Origin: a virus
Taxonomy: Duplodnaviria > Caudoviricetes
IMG/VR virus record: IMGVR_UViG_3300034198_007771
Span: 767 to 64,766 of that record
DNA length: 64,000 nt
Reading direction: 5' to 3' (one strand)
Shown: positions 1 to 9,427 of the stretch, piece after piece
Layout: every line of letters starts with the position of its first letter
How positions within the stretch are numbered: the stretch's first letter is position 1
Position numbers and translations under genes: made by a program
Notes under the pieces: generated by a model
Database searches by the model: none
Told to the model about the DNA's origin: nothing
The model's input: only the letters and a program-made list of their open reading frames with translations

Positions 1-291
1 GATGATCTCGGTCGTGGATACTGTCTGGTTGGCCGTGTACGTACTGGACACCAGTGTTGTTCCGGCCAGAGGAAGCAGGTACTCCAGGATCGGCCGAGTC
101 ACATCGTGGAACGTGGTGAACTGGATCTTACGTCGGCCCGCAGCGGTTCGCTTATCAAGCGGGTACCGATTACCGCAGATCGCGTCCGGGTTCTGCACAC
201 GTTCAAACGTGGACTGATCAAGGAACTTGGCGAAGCAGTACTTCGACCCGCCGAGCATCATACGAGCATTGATTGCGACTGAGATTGTCAT
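1..291 (-). CDS. Putative major tail (tube) protein, N-terminal part, truncated by window edge
   Basis: Hand-translated open frame from ATG 291 (MTISVAINARMMLGGSKYCFAKFLDQ...), overlapping the upstream stop (ATGA); position directly after tail-terminator-like gene. Confidence 0.5.
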   Translation of the reverse strand, partial: MTISVAINARMMLGGSKYCFAKFLDQSTFERVQNPDAICGNRYPLDKRTAAGRRKIQFTTFHDVTRPILEYLLPLAGTTLVSSTYTANQTVSTTEII

Positions 292-818
292 CTGTGGTTC
301 CTGACCATGACTTGGAATGTGAACATTGCGACTTGCTGTTCATGCCTGATCAGACTCTGGGCCTCTGCTGGCACACGCTTTAACGGGTGGACTACGTATG
401 GATCATACACCGCGGGGTCCGCATCCTGCAAGAAAGGATTCGGCACTGTGGTAAAAGCCAGCCGGGTGGCAATCATCCAGTCCGTGTACGTACGGATCGG
501 CCCGTCTGTCTGGTACGGGCTGCTGTCCAGAAACTGGATGGCGATACGGTGAACTTCATCATCCGCACAGTTCAGCCCGGCACCGATCGTGGACTCGACG
601 GGGAGGATCGAGATACGAATACCGGGTAGGATCAGGTTCTGCAAGCCGTTCGACGCCCGGAGTTGGTTGCCGCCGTCTACGACTTTCCAGAGCCGAATTG
701 CCTCGGGCTTTACTGGTCGGACTCGTTCTCCTTCGCTTGCTACGAACGTATTGTTAGCGGCCATCGTTTTCAAGATGGTCATCGTTCGGTTAGCGATGTT
801 GAACTCAGGGCTTGCCAT
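288..818 (-). CDS. Putative tail terminator / tail completion protein
   Basis: 176 aa from ATG 818 (TGATG coupling); size and position between head-tail adaptor and tube gene. Confidence 0.45.
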   Translation of the reverse strand: MASPEFNIANRTMTILKTMAANNTFVASEGERVRPVKPEAIRLWKVVDGGNQLRASNGLQNLILPGIRISILPVESTIGAGLNCADDEVHRIAIQFLDSSPYQTDGPIRTYTDWMIATRLAFTTVPNPFLQDADPAVYDPYVVHPLKRVPAEAQSLIRHEQQVAMFTFQVMVRNHR

Positions 819-976
819 CAGTTCATCACCCAGCACTTATCGCCTGCTTCCATGCGGTGCGGGAATCTTACGACAACCTCATCCCCGGTGCGTTTGAGTC
901 GCACAACAGTGATCAGGTTTTTGTCTTCGTTCACCCATTTCTGAGAGACGACTACGGCTTCCATTCTAGTCAGCAT
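818..976 (-). CDS. Small hypothetical protein (52 aa, MLTRMEAVVVSQKW...)
   Basis: Hand-translated; fills the gap and overlaps both neighbours. Confidence 0.5.
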   Translation of the reverse strand: MLTRMEAVVVSQKWVNEDKNLITVVRLKRTGDEVVVRFPHRMEAGDKCWVMN

Positions 977-1193
977 TCTCGATCTCCTTCTTCAGCATGA
1001 CGGTCTTTGTGGTCTCGCACAGCCTGAGCCGATCCATCAGCGAGCCCTTCCAGTAGAACTCGTAGTTCGACCTCTTGGCGTCTCTGAACTTCTCACCACC
1101 AAACACGAACCTGTCGTATCTTCGGACAAGCTCATCGATTAGCTGGTCTGTCTCGTAGATCTCAAGTTCCCGAGGCTGTGACGTACCCAACAT
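966..1193 (-). CDS. Hypothetical protein, paralog of 14683..14925
   Basis: LEIYETDQLIDELVRR...YWKGS aligns by eye with LEFITTAQMIDELERR...YRGS; start uncertain. Confidence 0.55.
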   Translation of the reverse strand: MLGTSQPRELEIYETDQLIDELVRRYDRFVFGGEKFRDAKRSNYEFYWKGSLMDRLRLCETTKTVMLKKEIENAD

Positions 1194-2322
1194 CCCGGAG
1201 TCGTAGGCCGTACCACTGGGCGGCAGGCCCTTTATTACGAACAAACCTTCCGTCTGACGCTTTCGCATCGTTGAACGCCTGAGCCAAACGGCTGTTAGAC
1301 ACAAGACGCTCAGTATGCCCGCCCACCAACCGAGTTCCGTACTCATCTTCACACAGCCTTTGCAAGAGCACTGCCATCGGCCCATCTGCTACGTCGATGT
1401 GCGACGAAGCTACGTACGCCACGTCGGTCACGGTAATCGTTGAATCACTCACCCGACACGTTGTTGAGGTCAAGCGTTCGAGGACACGTACTTCCTGACA
1501 GTCTCGGTTAAACTCCAGCGTAGTGCCGGGTACGTCACCGAAGTCGCCTGTCGGTTGGTACGTGTCCGTTGACGCTACGCGAAGTACGGCCCCGACGAAC
1601 AGGGACGTAACCACAGCTTCTGAAAACGTCGCCACGCCTCCGCTGAGCGTAACTGTTCCACGAGATTCTCTAACAAGGACATTGGTCGGTCTCCTGGCCA
1701 CGTACATGTACTGAAGCGAGGTACGGCTGGTCTGCTCTGTCGGCAGCCACATGTTCCACCGCTGGGGGTTCGAACTGTCGGCCACAAGGGCGTAGCAGGT
1801 AGGCAATGCCGGTGACCAGGCAAAGCCCTCTTGAATCTGGAATGCTTCGAGCAGGTTGAGCCGCTGAAGCTGCATGTTCTGTGTTCCCTCCAGGACCTGT
1901 ACCACATCTCCCACGTCCTGCGGGAGAGGGTACAAGACCTGTTGGATCAGATAGGCTTCTTCCGAAAGATCGTCCTCCGGGTGTTTGCCCTCGAATAGCT
2001 CAATGACTGTACTGCTGATACGCCGATAGATTGGGTACCAATTGTGGTCGATACGGATGTGCTGAATCGTCGCATCGGTCGGCCACGTCGCGTCTGTCAG
2101 TGTAACCTGACGAGTATCGTAGTCAAAGTCGACTGTGCCTGTCTTCTGTCCTGCAAACGTGACGAGCGTGCCCATGCGGTGGAAGTACGCCCAGTCGTGC
2201 ATGCCAAGCAGGCGTGACCAGGCGGACAACACCGCAGTGCGTACCTTGCCTTCGAGAAACCCACCGAGCGGTGAGTCAATCATAACGGCAATGTGGCTCA
2301 TCATGTCGGAGACGGTGATCAT
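1162..2322 (-). CDS. Putative head-tail adaptor / neck protein
   Basis: 386 aa; helical N-terminus, YPLPQD-type motif and beta-rich inserts; downstream of portal. Confidence 0.55.
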   Translation of the reverse strand: MITVSDMMSHIAVMIDSPLGGFLEGKVRTAVLSAWSRLLGMHDWAYFHRMGTLVTFAGQKTGTVDFDYDTRQVTLTDATWPTDATIQHIRIDHNWYPIYRRISSTVIELFEGKHPEDDLSEEAYLIQQVLYPLPQDVGDVVQVLEGTQNMQLQRLNLLEAFQIQEGFAWSPALPTCYALVADSSNPQRWNMWLPTEQTSRTSLQYMYVARRPTNVLVRESRGTVTLSGGVATFSEAVVTSLFVGAVLRVASTDTYQPTGDFGDVPGTTLEFNRDCQEVRVLERLTSTTCRVSDSTITVTDVAYVASSHIDVADGPMAVLLQRLCEDEYGTRLVGGHTERLVSNSRLAQAFNDAKASDGRFVRNKGPAAQWYGLRLRDVGYVTASGT

Positions 2323-2957
2323 TCGCCAAATACTTTCTTCGAAGCCTCTTCGATATTCTTGGCGGTAGACATCACGTCATCCGCGGTCACAACCTTGGTG
2401 TGCTTGTGCGTAATCTCTGCTTCCAAGTCTTTATCTGTCGCCTTCTCGTACTCGGGCAGTTGACGATACTCTGCCTTGTATCGAGCCATGACGTTGTCAT
2501 TGATCAGGACTTCCTGTGGCTTAGGCGGTGCCTGCACCGGATGCACTTCCCAGTCGCCCTCGACCTGCTCGTTACGGGCACGCATTGCCTTCTTCACGTC
2601 GGACAGCGTGTGCTTGTGCGTTACGATGCAATCAGGATCGCCAGGGTACTTGGCCAGACCACGATAGACCACCGCGTCTTCAGGCAGGTTCTCACCCGTC
2701 TTAGCCTTGTAGTTCTGGCGGTACAGGTTCAACATGGCATCACACCCGCGGAACTGTTCAGTCACGCTTTTGCTGTTGGCCTGCACGGTACGATCGTCGA
2801 TGCCTGTGCGAGGAGGACTCTGTGTCGCGAGCATTGCTGCCATAGACACAGACTGTCCTTCCGCGAGCATCTTGTCGAACCGGGCCACAGCTTCAGGTCC
2901 TGACTCCTGAACTGCAGCCCATTCGAGGTTTTCACGTCTGGTTGGAAACCGGCTCAT
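2319..2957 (-). CDS. Hypothetical protein (212 aa)
   Basis: ORF coupled to both neighbours by 4-nt overlaps. Confidence 0.7.
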   Translation of the reverse strand: MSRFPTRRENLEWAAVQESGPEAVARFDKMLAEGQSVSMAAMLATQSPPRTGIDDRTVQANSKSVTEQFRGCDAMLNLYRQNYKAKTGENLPEDAVVYRGLAKYPGDPDCIVTHKHTLSDVKKAMRARNEQVEGDWEVHPVQAPPKPQEVLINDNVMARYKAEYRQLPEYEKATDKDLEAEITHKHTKVVTADDVMSTAKNIEEASKKVFGE

Positions 2958-3217
2958 GGTGAGGATTCCGTAACTTCCGCAGATGGTACCTGCTGGTTGA
3001 GCAGGTCAGCGAAAGATGGGATCGGCGTAGCTGGTGTCTGCACTACGTCCTTTTCAAGTACCGGGTGTGGCTCGTCGACTACAGGTGGTGCTGGTTCCGA
3101 CAGTGATACCGGGCGTTGTCCGTTCAAGGTAACGCACACGCCAAGGTTGAACTCTAGGCTCTTGGCTAGGACTACATCGCCGGGTGATCCATCACTCTTC
3201 AGGTCCAATGTCAACAT
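2954..3217 (-). CDS. Hypothetical protein (87 aa)
   Basis: TGATG coupling to portal stop. Confidence 0.6.
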   Translation of the reverse strand: MLTLDLKSDGSPGDVVLAKSLEFNLGVCVTLNGQRPVSLSEPAPPVVDEPHPVLEKDVVQTPATPIPSFADLLNQQVPSAEVTESSP

Positions 3218-5397
3218 CACTTACCTCCACTGGCGGCTTTCTTCTTCGCCGCTTCAGCCTTGATTGTCTCCTGCTCCTGGAGATGAATCATGTTCTGCAG
3301 GTGAGCTTGTTCCTGCAGCATCAGCTTCTGCTGATTGAATACTTCGTTCCACTGCAGCTTCTGGGATGCCGCGGGGGCAGCACCCTGCTGTTTGTACTGG
3401 GCATCGACAAGTCTTGCAACCGTCTTAGCCTTGATCTCTTCTGTCTCGGCCTGAGTCTTCGCCGTCTCGATCGCCTGCAACTGCTGCTGCATTTGCTGCA
3501 TAGCTGGATCGACAGGTGGAGTCCACTCACCAACGAACAGATCCTCGACGTTCCGCATCTCCATCGCCTTGGCAAACTTAGCCACGAAGGCGTTTGCTGG
3601 CTCGGAGTTGCCGGACATCTTCCCGTATTCCTGCAGGTAGGGTAGCCAGAACGGGGCCAACCGTTCAAGGTCAGCCATGTCTTTCTCACGATTGGGACGA
3701 CGCATGTCCGTGGCCTCGATCCACACCTCGACCTCTTTGGTCAGTGTGATGAAGTCCAGCGTACCGAACAATGTGTCCCAAGCCATGCTGCCCCAGTCGC
3801 CGAGCAGGTTACGCAGTTGTTCGCCTCGCTTGTACAACGCACACAGCCACAATTCCTTTGTGCTGGTGTTGACAACGAATTGGTGAACGTCGGTAGCCAT
3901 CTTGTCAGGACGTACGTTAGCCGCGGTCTGGCGGGCCGTCACATCTGATGTAACACGAGCCTGCTTCTGACTGATGCCGTAGTGAATGTCGTCGAGCCCT
4001 GTCGCCATCTGGAACTGGTTGTCCAGGTATTGAATCCACTCCAGCAGATTACCTTGGACCTCCGGCCGTTGCACGAAGGCTACGATGTCGGTAATGCCCA
4101 TGTTAGACGCAGCATTGATCTTAATGACTGCCGGGTTGTTCTCCCCCTTGATGGCGGACTCGACCTCTTCGGCGTACGCCCCGTTGACAGCTATGATGTC
4201 CCGCCGTCGGTCCCATGACATCTGCAGATGGCTGACGAGCAGGATGTTCATCGCGAGCAGCGATCCGATGCCGGGGCCGAGCACGGCCATAGGCCAGCAT
4301 GTGCCGACAACCGGATAGAAGTCCATCACCTCGACCGGCCACTTACGGTCACGCCACAGTTCGAACACAGAGCCGAACTTGGACGTACGCCACTTCATGG
4401 CTTCGAGGATCTGCTCGGCACCGCCCATGTTGACGAGGCCGGGCGGGAGGTTCAGCGGGTGTGGCAGGTTCCGCGTGATCGCGAGGTAGCAGTAGTCCCC
4501 CGTCAGTTGGTCGAGGGCTTGACCAAGCTGTGCCTGTACGCCAGTGACACGGGCTCCTACACCACCGATAGACCAGATCTCGTACCACTCGATTTGATCG
4601 AGGTACATGGTCTTGCCTTCGGGCTCGGCCGTGTTGTACCGGGCAACGAACTCGCTGGAGATGTGCGTGCCTCGGCCCTGCAGATACCCGGGCGGATATC
4701 CAAACCGTCGTTCAACTACCCACGCTGGCTCGACGTGGCGTCTGCTGATCCATCGTACATCTCGCCATGCTGGGTCCTTAGCGTCTGGATCGACGAGGAG
4801 GTTATCGACAGGGTCGTAGAACGTCCCAACTTGAGGTTCTCCTGTGGAGCGGTCACTGTACGTCTCAGTCCATCCACAGCCTCTACCAGTGACAAGTGCG
4901 TCTTGTATAATGAGTTCATTGTCGGTCTTGATTCCTCCCGGATGGTTCTTGGCCAGAGATTCCAGCACGACCGTGGCGAGGCTGTTGCGTAGCTGACGCT
5001 CACCCCGCTTTGCCTGTTGGGCCTGGTCGATCTGCTGCAGCATCTGCTCGTCCATCACTCCAAGCATCTGAGCGATGCCTGTCTGGTCTGGCATGTCAGA
5101 TGATCGTACCTCGCGGGACGGGTTTTGCCAATACAGCGATGGCCCGATGATAGCCACGAGTTCGAACGCTTTGTTGAGCGATACCATGAACTGCGGCTGC
5201 GTGACCTGTGGGTAGAACTCCTTACGGAATGCGTCCTCCCACATAGCCTTCGCAGATGAACCAAGGAACTGACGACAGAGCTTGGCCATGACAGAGAATC
5301 GCTCTTTGCTTTTCTCTGCGGCGGCAATGCGTGCATACCATTGGGACACCATAGGTCCGAGAAGGTATTGCTGTAATTGCTCTGTCGTTGGTTCCAT
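3217..5397 (-). CDS. Portal protein (P22/podovirus-like, Gln-rich C-terminal coiled coil)
   Basis: 726 aa after TerL; DALVTGRGCG, DNLLVDPDA and ATGLDDIHYG motifs typical of this portal class. Confidence 0.85.
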   Translation of the reverse strand: MEPTTEQLQQYLLGPMVSQWYARIAAAEKSKERFSVMAKLCRQFLGSSAKAMWEDAFRKEFYPQVTQPQFMVSLNKAFELVAIIGPSLYWQNPSREVRSSDMPDQTGIAQMLGVMDEQMLQQIDQAQQAKRGERQLRNSLATVVLESLAKNHPGGIKTDNELIIQDALVTGRGCGWTETYSDRSTGEPQVGTFYDPVDNLLVDPDAKDPAWRDVRWISRRHVEPAWVVERRFGYPPGYLQGRGTHISSEFVARYNTAEPEGKTMYLDQIEWYEIWSIGGVGARVTGVQAQLGQALDQLTGDYCYLAITRNLPHPLNLPPGLVNMGGAEQILEAMKWRTSKFGSVFELWRDRKWPVEVMDFYPVVGTCWPMAVLGPGIGSLLAMNILLVSHLQMSWDRRRDIIAVNGAYAEEVESAIKGENNPAVIKINAASNMGITDIVAFVQRPEVQGNLLEWIQYLDNQFQMATGLDDIHYGISQKQARVTSDVTARQTAANVRPDKMATDVHQFVVNTSTKELWLCALYKRGEQLRNLLGDWGSMAWDTLFGTLDFITLTKEVEVWIEATDMRRPNREKDMADLERLAPFWLPYLQEYGKMSGNSEPANAFVAKFAKAMEMRNVEDLFVGEWTPPVDPAMQQMQQQLQAIETAKTQAETEEIKAKTVARLVDAQYKQQGAAPAASQKLQWNEVFNQQKLMLQEQAHLQNMIHLQEQETIKAEAAKKKAASGGK

Positions 5398-5399
5398 GA

Positions 5400-5702
5400 T
5401 CAGCCTTTAAGATTCAGGGCGGTCCAGAGACCTCGTGGTGACCAGCACCCTTTCTCACGGTAGTTCTTGTTGTCGAGCTTCGTGTCGCCGATAAGGCACA
5501 CGCCTGACAAGTTGGTGAACTTCGCACCAATGTGGTTGATGTACGCCAGATTGACCATGTTGTCTTCGGCAAAGCTGACGATCACTGCCGGGGCGGGTAC
5601 GTCCATCTGGGCCTGGTTGAACCACCACACTGGGTCGCCGATAGCGACCGTCACGTCGACACCGTCTATCTTGACGGTTCGCATGAGTTGTTTAGCTTCC
5701 AC
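5400..5702 (-). CDS. Hypothetical protein (100 aa)
   Basis: ORF with GGAG RBS; IGDPVWW...PAVI...VNL pattern common in small phage proteins. Confidence 0.7.
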   Translation of the reverse strand: MEAKQLMRTVKIDGVDVTVAIGDPVWWFNQAQMDVPAPAVIVSFAEDNMVNLAYINHIGAKFTNLSGVCLIGDTKLDNKNYREKGCWSPRGLWTALNLKG

Positions 5703-5739
5703 TGGGAACTCCTCTGGGGGTTATGAGCCGGAAAACGGC

Positions 5740-5767
5740 AGTGTAACATCCGGCGTTGTCAAGTCAA
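5740..5767 (-). promoter_or_regulatory. Sigma70-like promoter upstream of portal operon
   Basis: TTGACT-16 nt-TACACT with TGn extended -10, intergenic. Confidence 0.45.
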
Positions 5768-5783
5768 AGCCAGATTTTCTTGG

Positions 5784-8582
5784 CTACGGTAAGCCCAGTA
5801 CGATAGGGCCTTTGTCGGTTTTCTTGTTCTGCTTGAAAATTCCGTCTAAGAATTTGCGGTCAGCGTCCCACATTGCCTGACCGGGGTCCAAGGCAGCAGG
5901 CCCGGGCGGTGGGGCGAGGAATGTGGGCTCGAACCCCGCATAATATTCCATGCAGTTCCCCGCGACCATCGCCTTCAGATTCCTACGCACAATCAGAGTG
6001 GAGTTCGGTACTGTGGCACAATACACCTTCCCCTCGTATTGACTCGTAGTCACGATGGAATCCTTTGCTCCCGTTACCAAGGACGCTACGCCTTTCCGGA
6101 GTGTTGGCCAGTACTGGTCGCGAGACTGGCCTGTTCTACCTTCTATGCTCCAGTACTGGCACTTCTTCGTAAGGATGGTCGTGTGCCTTCCCAACCTGAA
6201 ATACAACTCTTGGATGTCGGACGCCAGTGCAACACTGGTCGTGGCACACCGATCGATACCCTGATTGACCCATCCGTCCCCGGCTAGGTACCCTTTCAAA
6301 AACGCGGTTATCACTTTCGCACTTGACGTTTTTATCCACTGAGGGACAACCCGATTCCACGATCGGTCCCCTAGGTTCATGTCCTCCATCAAGTGCCATA
6401 GCTGCTTGCTCGAACAGATGTAGTTGTTCCCGTCTCTCAGGAAGTGCCAAGGTATCCTGTCCAACAGCGATACGAGTTTGATGACCCCTTCAGGCTTGAC
6501 CTGGCTGATGCCGATGCGGTACCCAACGCCGGGCATTCGTATAACCTTGTCACGGGAACCTTCTGCAACCCACCAACCCAGCAACTCTGCGTAGTCACAG
6601 GTGTCGATTGTTCGGGTGTAGTTCCTGCACTTCGGCGGGACCGGCAGGTCCATCGTGTCTGGCGACTCGACCGACCATGGGTTGTTCGGGCACAACTTCA
6701 ACAAGTTCTGTTCGGGTACGTCCTCGGCGTTTACGAAGTGCCATTTGTCACGGTTAAGCTGGCGGTACACCACCATACGATGGGTAGGTGTAACCGTACA
6801 GTCAACAGTCCGTGACTTGAACGTAATCATCGGGCCGCTGTAATCCTTCACGATCCAGCGTGACGGTGTCTGAAACTCCAGTTGGTCTTGCGAGTTTACC
6901 GTGGCGAGACGCTCGGTGTGGTCAAGGTCCGGCCACAGTTTCCAGCCGCGGTCGGTAAGCACTTCCATCGAAGGGTGGAAGCAATCGAGCACGTCATGGG
7001 CCTGCCCTTTGGCGATCTTGTCCTGGATAGCGTCTCGTGAAACTTCCTTGAGCGTCTCTTCGAACTCTTTGACCAGTGCGGGGCACATGTGGGGGACGAT
7101 ACGGAGTCGTGGCCTACCGCAGTTCCGACCACGAAGGAGTGCTCTCAGCTTCAATGACCGTGTGATCCAAACGGTCTCACCGCGAAGGAATAGGTCTCCC
7201 GTGACTTGGCATCGCAAGCCATACGTTCGGAATGGCTTTGAGTATTCTTCAAACACTGTGTGTCCCGCCCCCATGCTCGTCTGGTTGCCCGCCTTCGAGT
7301 CGCCGATGAATCGAGCATATCGTCGGCCGGGGTCTGCAGCTACGACACGCTTCGCCATCTCTAAAGCGTTGAGCCGCGGCACAGCCATCTCGCGAAACAC
7401 GATATGGTATGGTTCACCCTCGTCCCAAAACTCTTTTGGCGGTATCGCTACCCAAAGCATCGCCGGTCTCGTAGTACCTGGGTCGAGGATAAGATCGACG
7501 CACCAATCGCTCGGTACGTTCCAGTTCAGCTTCCGCATCGCCTCTGTGACCTTGTCGTTCAGCGGGCTGTTATCTCCGTAGTTGACAACGTGAAAGTTCT
7601 TGTCGAACTCTGGGTACGCCACGACAGAGCCGGTTGCAAACTCCCCGTAGTATCGAGCTTTGATTTCATCCTCGCTCCACCCCTCGAATCGCTTACGTCG
7701 TTCTTCATCATCCATGAACGGGTTCTTCATGGCGTTGAATACGAAGTTCTCCACGTCTTGGTGCGTGCGTACGCCACGGGACACTTCATCCCTTTGGTTG
7801 ACCGCTCGCTTCCACATCTGCACGAGGGCCGCACATGTCATGTCTGGCCACGCTGTCCAGTACAACCGGCCCTTTCTGTCTGACAGTCGACTCTGCCATT
7901 CCGCCAAGTGACTGGAGTACTTGATATCCTCGTCCAGCCATATGAGATTTACGGGATCGCCCCTTTTCACGTCGCCACTGGACGCAAAGCCGTAGCACTT
8001 AGACCCGTCTTTCATCTCGATACTTGTGAACTCGTGAGCGGCTTTGTTCTGCCACACCTCAAGCGTTATCTCGGATGGCGGGATCAAAGGCGGTGCCGGA
8101 AACCTTTCGTCAACCGGAATTTTATCGTCGCCCTCGATACGGCCGGGTTGCCATGCCCGCCACAGACCGGTCTGCTTGTCACGTACCATGTCGAACGCAC
8201 CCGGACGACACAGCAACCGGTATAGCGTCTGGCCGATATGAGCTAGGTTCATCCCGATCAGCCAAGCGGTTATCGGCCGCTTCTGCCAACCCGGTTCTCG
8301 CATGTCGTGCTTGGACCCGTCGGCAAAAGTAACTGGTTTGTTACGCAGGTACGAAGCTACCATCGCGGCAACAATTACGGACTTGCCCGATCGTGGAGCC
8401 CCTTGAACAAGTACCTCGGATGCCCTGCTAGTAACAACTGCTTCCTGGTATATGGTCGGGCGGAAGATCTCCAGGGCGTCGAGCTTGGCCTTAGCCACCT
8501 TTGCCGCGGCGGCTACCCCTTGTTGGAGGTCCCGGCGAGACATGAGCGATTGACGGATCTTGTTCGCTAGTTCTTCTGACAT
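5784..8582 (-). CDS. terL: Terminase large subunit, intein-containing
   Basis: Walker A GAPRSGKS, Walker B LIWLDED, RNase H-like ILDPG and HDVLD|CMEY. Confidence 0.93.
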   Translation of the reverse strand: MSEELANKIRQSLMSRRDLQQGVAAAAKVAKAKLDALEIFRPTIYQEAVVTSRASEVLVQGAPRSGKSVIVAAMVASYLRNKPVTFADGSKHDMREPGWQKRPITAWLIGMNLAHIGQTLYRLLCRPGAFDMVRDKQTGLWRAWQPGRIEGDDKIPVDERFPAPPLIPPSEITLEVWQNKAAHEFTSIEMKDGSKCYGFASSGDVKRGDPVNLIWLDEDIKYSSHLAEWQSRLSDRKGRLYWTAWPDMTCAALVQMWKRAVNQRDEVSRGVRTHQDVENFVFNAMKNPFMDDEERRKRFEGWSEDEIKARYYGEFATGSVVAYPEFDKNFHVVNYGDNSPLNDKVTEAMRKLNWNVPSDWCVDLILDPGTTRPAMLWVAIPPKEFWDEGEPYHIVFREMAVPRLNALEMAKRVVAADPGRRYARFIGDSKAGNQTSMGAGHTVFEEYSKPFRTYGLRCQVTGDLFLRGETVWITRSLKLRALLRGRNCGRPRLRIVPHMCPALVKEFEETLKEVSRDAIQDKIAKGQAHDVLDCFHPSMEVLTDRGWKLWPDLDHTERLATVNSQDQLEFQTPSRWIVKDYSGPMITFKSRTVDCTVTPTHRMVVYRQLNRDKWHFVNAEDVPEQNLLKLCPNNPWSVESPDTMDLPVPPKCRNYTRTIDTCDYAELLGWWVAEGSRDKVIRMPGVGYRIGISQVKPEGVIKLVSLLDRIPWHFLRDGNNYICSSKQLWHLMEDMNLGDRSWNRVVPQWIKTSSAKVITAFLKGYLAGDGWVNQGIDRCATTSVALASDIQELYFRLGRHTTILTKKCQYWSIEGRTGQSRDQYWPTLRKGVASLVTGAKDSIVTTSQYEGKVYCATVPNSTLIVRRNLKAMVAGNCMEYYAGFEPTFLAPPPGPAALDPGQAMWDADRKFLDGIFKQNKKTDKGPIVLGLP
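5955..6983 (-). mobile_element. Intein with LAGLIDADG homing endonuclease (343 aa) in TerL nuclease domain
   Basis: N-terminal CFHPSMEVLTDRGWK, block B VTPTHRM, LLGWWVAEG and FLKGYLAGDG motifs, C-terminal VYCATVPNSTLIVRR...AGN followed by +1 Cys. Confidence 0.95.
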
Positions 8583-9427
8583 TTTCTCTCCTCCCGGGCG
8601 AGTCTGCTCGCGTGTTGTTTCGCCCTGTATGCTGGGTCGGCCCAGCGGGCTTTAGCCTCAGCTTTGTAGTCCCTACGTGCCGCGGCTTCTTTCAGCTTAG
8701 CTATCGTTTCCGGCGATCTGACAGCCCCGGTATGCCTTGCGGATATCGCGGCCTTGTGCTCGGCGGACATGTTGCCCTTCTTCACTTCGGACAAGTGTCT
8801 TTTTGTTTCTTCAGAGTGCTTGAACCCCTTGCTCGCTTTAGAAATCCTAGCCTTCGTTTCGTCGCTGTGCTTCCGACCACGTTGGCCTGCGGACATCTTC
8901 TGACGAGTCTCCTCCGATATGGGTCCTCTACGTGCTGAGGCTTCCCGCATCTTCTGCCTTGTTTCCTCGCTGTTAGTCTTGGCTCTCAGCTTAGCAATCG
9001 TCTCCGGTTTGGCTTTCTTGCCGGTACGAGTCTGAGACATCTTGCGTCGGGTCTCCTCAGACGCTTTCTTCCCACGGTTTGCTTCTGCCAGTTTACGCTT
9101 TGCGGACTCGCTCAACTTCATGCCACGGTTAGACTCCGCGATACTCCGCACGTTGAATCCCTTGTTGGGGTCGAAAGACTTGTAGTAGTCGAGGTACACC
9201 TGCTCTTGAGCAACACAATGCTCGGGCAGACAGACTTCGGCTACTGAGAAAGAGAACGCTTCTTCTCCGTACAGGTTCCAAGCGGCTTGGATGTGCTGGT
9301 TCGGGTGACAACCTCTCCGTAGTTTTCGCAGGTGCTGGGTCCATCGTTTGGTGAGACTCACCGCCGCACTGCCTACGTACCGCTTTCCGTTTGCGGAGCA
9401 GAGTATGACGTATACGCCGGTATTCAC
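8567..9427 (-). CDS. GIY-YIG homing endonuclease with NUMOD3 repeats
   Basis: GVYVI...YVGSA, conserved R/H/E residues, many SEETRRKMS-type repeats. Confidence 0.92.
   Translation of the reverse strand: MNTGVYVILCSANGKRYVGSAAVSLTKRWTQHLRKLRRGCHPNQHIQAAWNLYGEEAFSFSVAEVCLPEHCVAQEQVYLDYYKSFDPNKGFNVRSIAESNRGMKLSESAKRKLAEANRGKKASEETRRKMSQTRTGKKAKPETIAKLRAKTNSEETRQKMREASARRGPISEETRQKMSAGQRGRKHSDETKARISKASKGFKHSEETKRHLSEVKKGNMSAEHKAAISARHTGAVRSPETIAKLKEAAARRDYKAEAKARWADPAYRAKQHASRLAREERKCQKN

Noticed and set aside
8567-9427. Group I intron around the GIY-YIG gene
   Set aside because: ORF overlaps both neighbours, leaving no room for intron core elements, and TerL is intact from its own start
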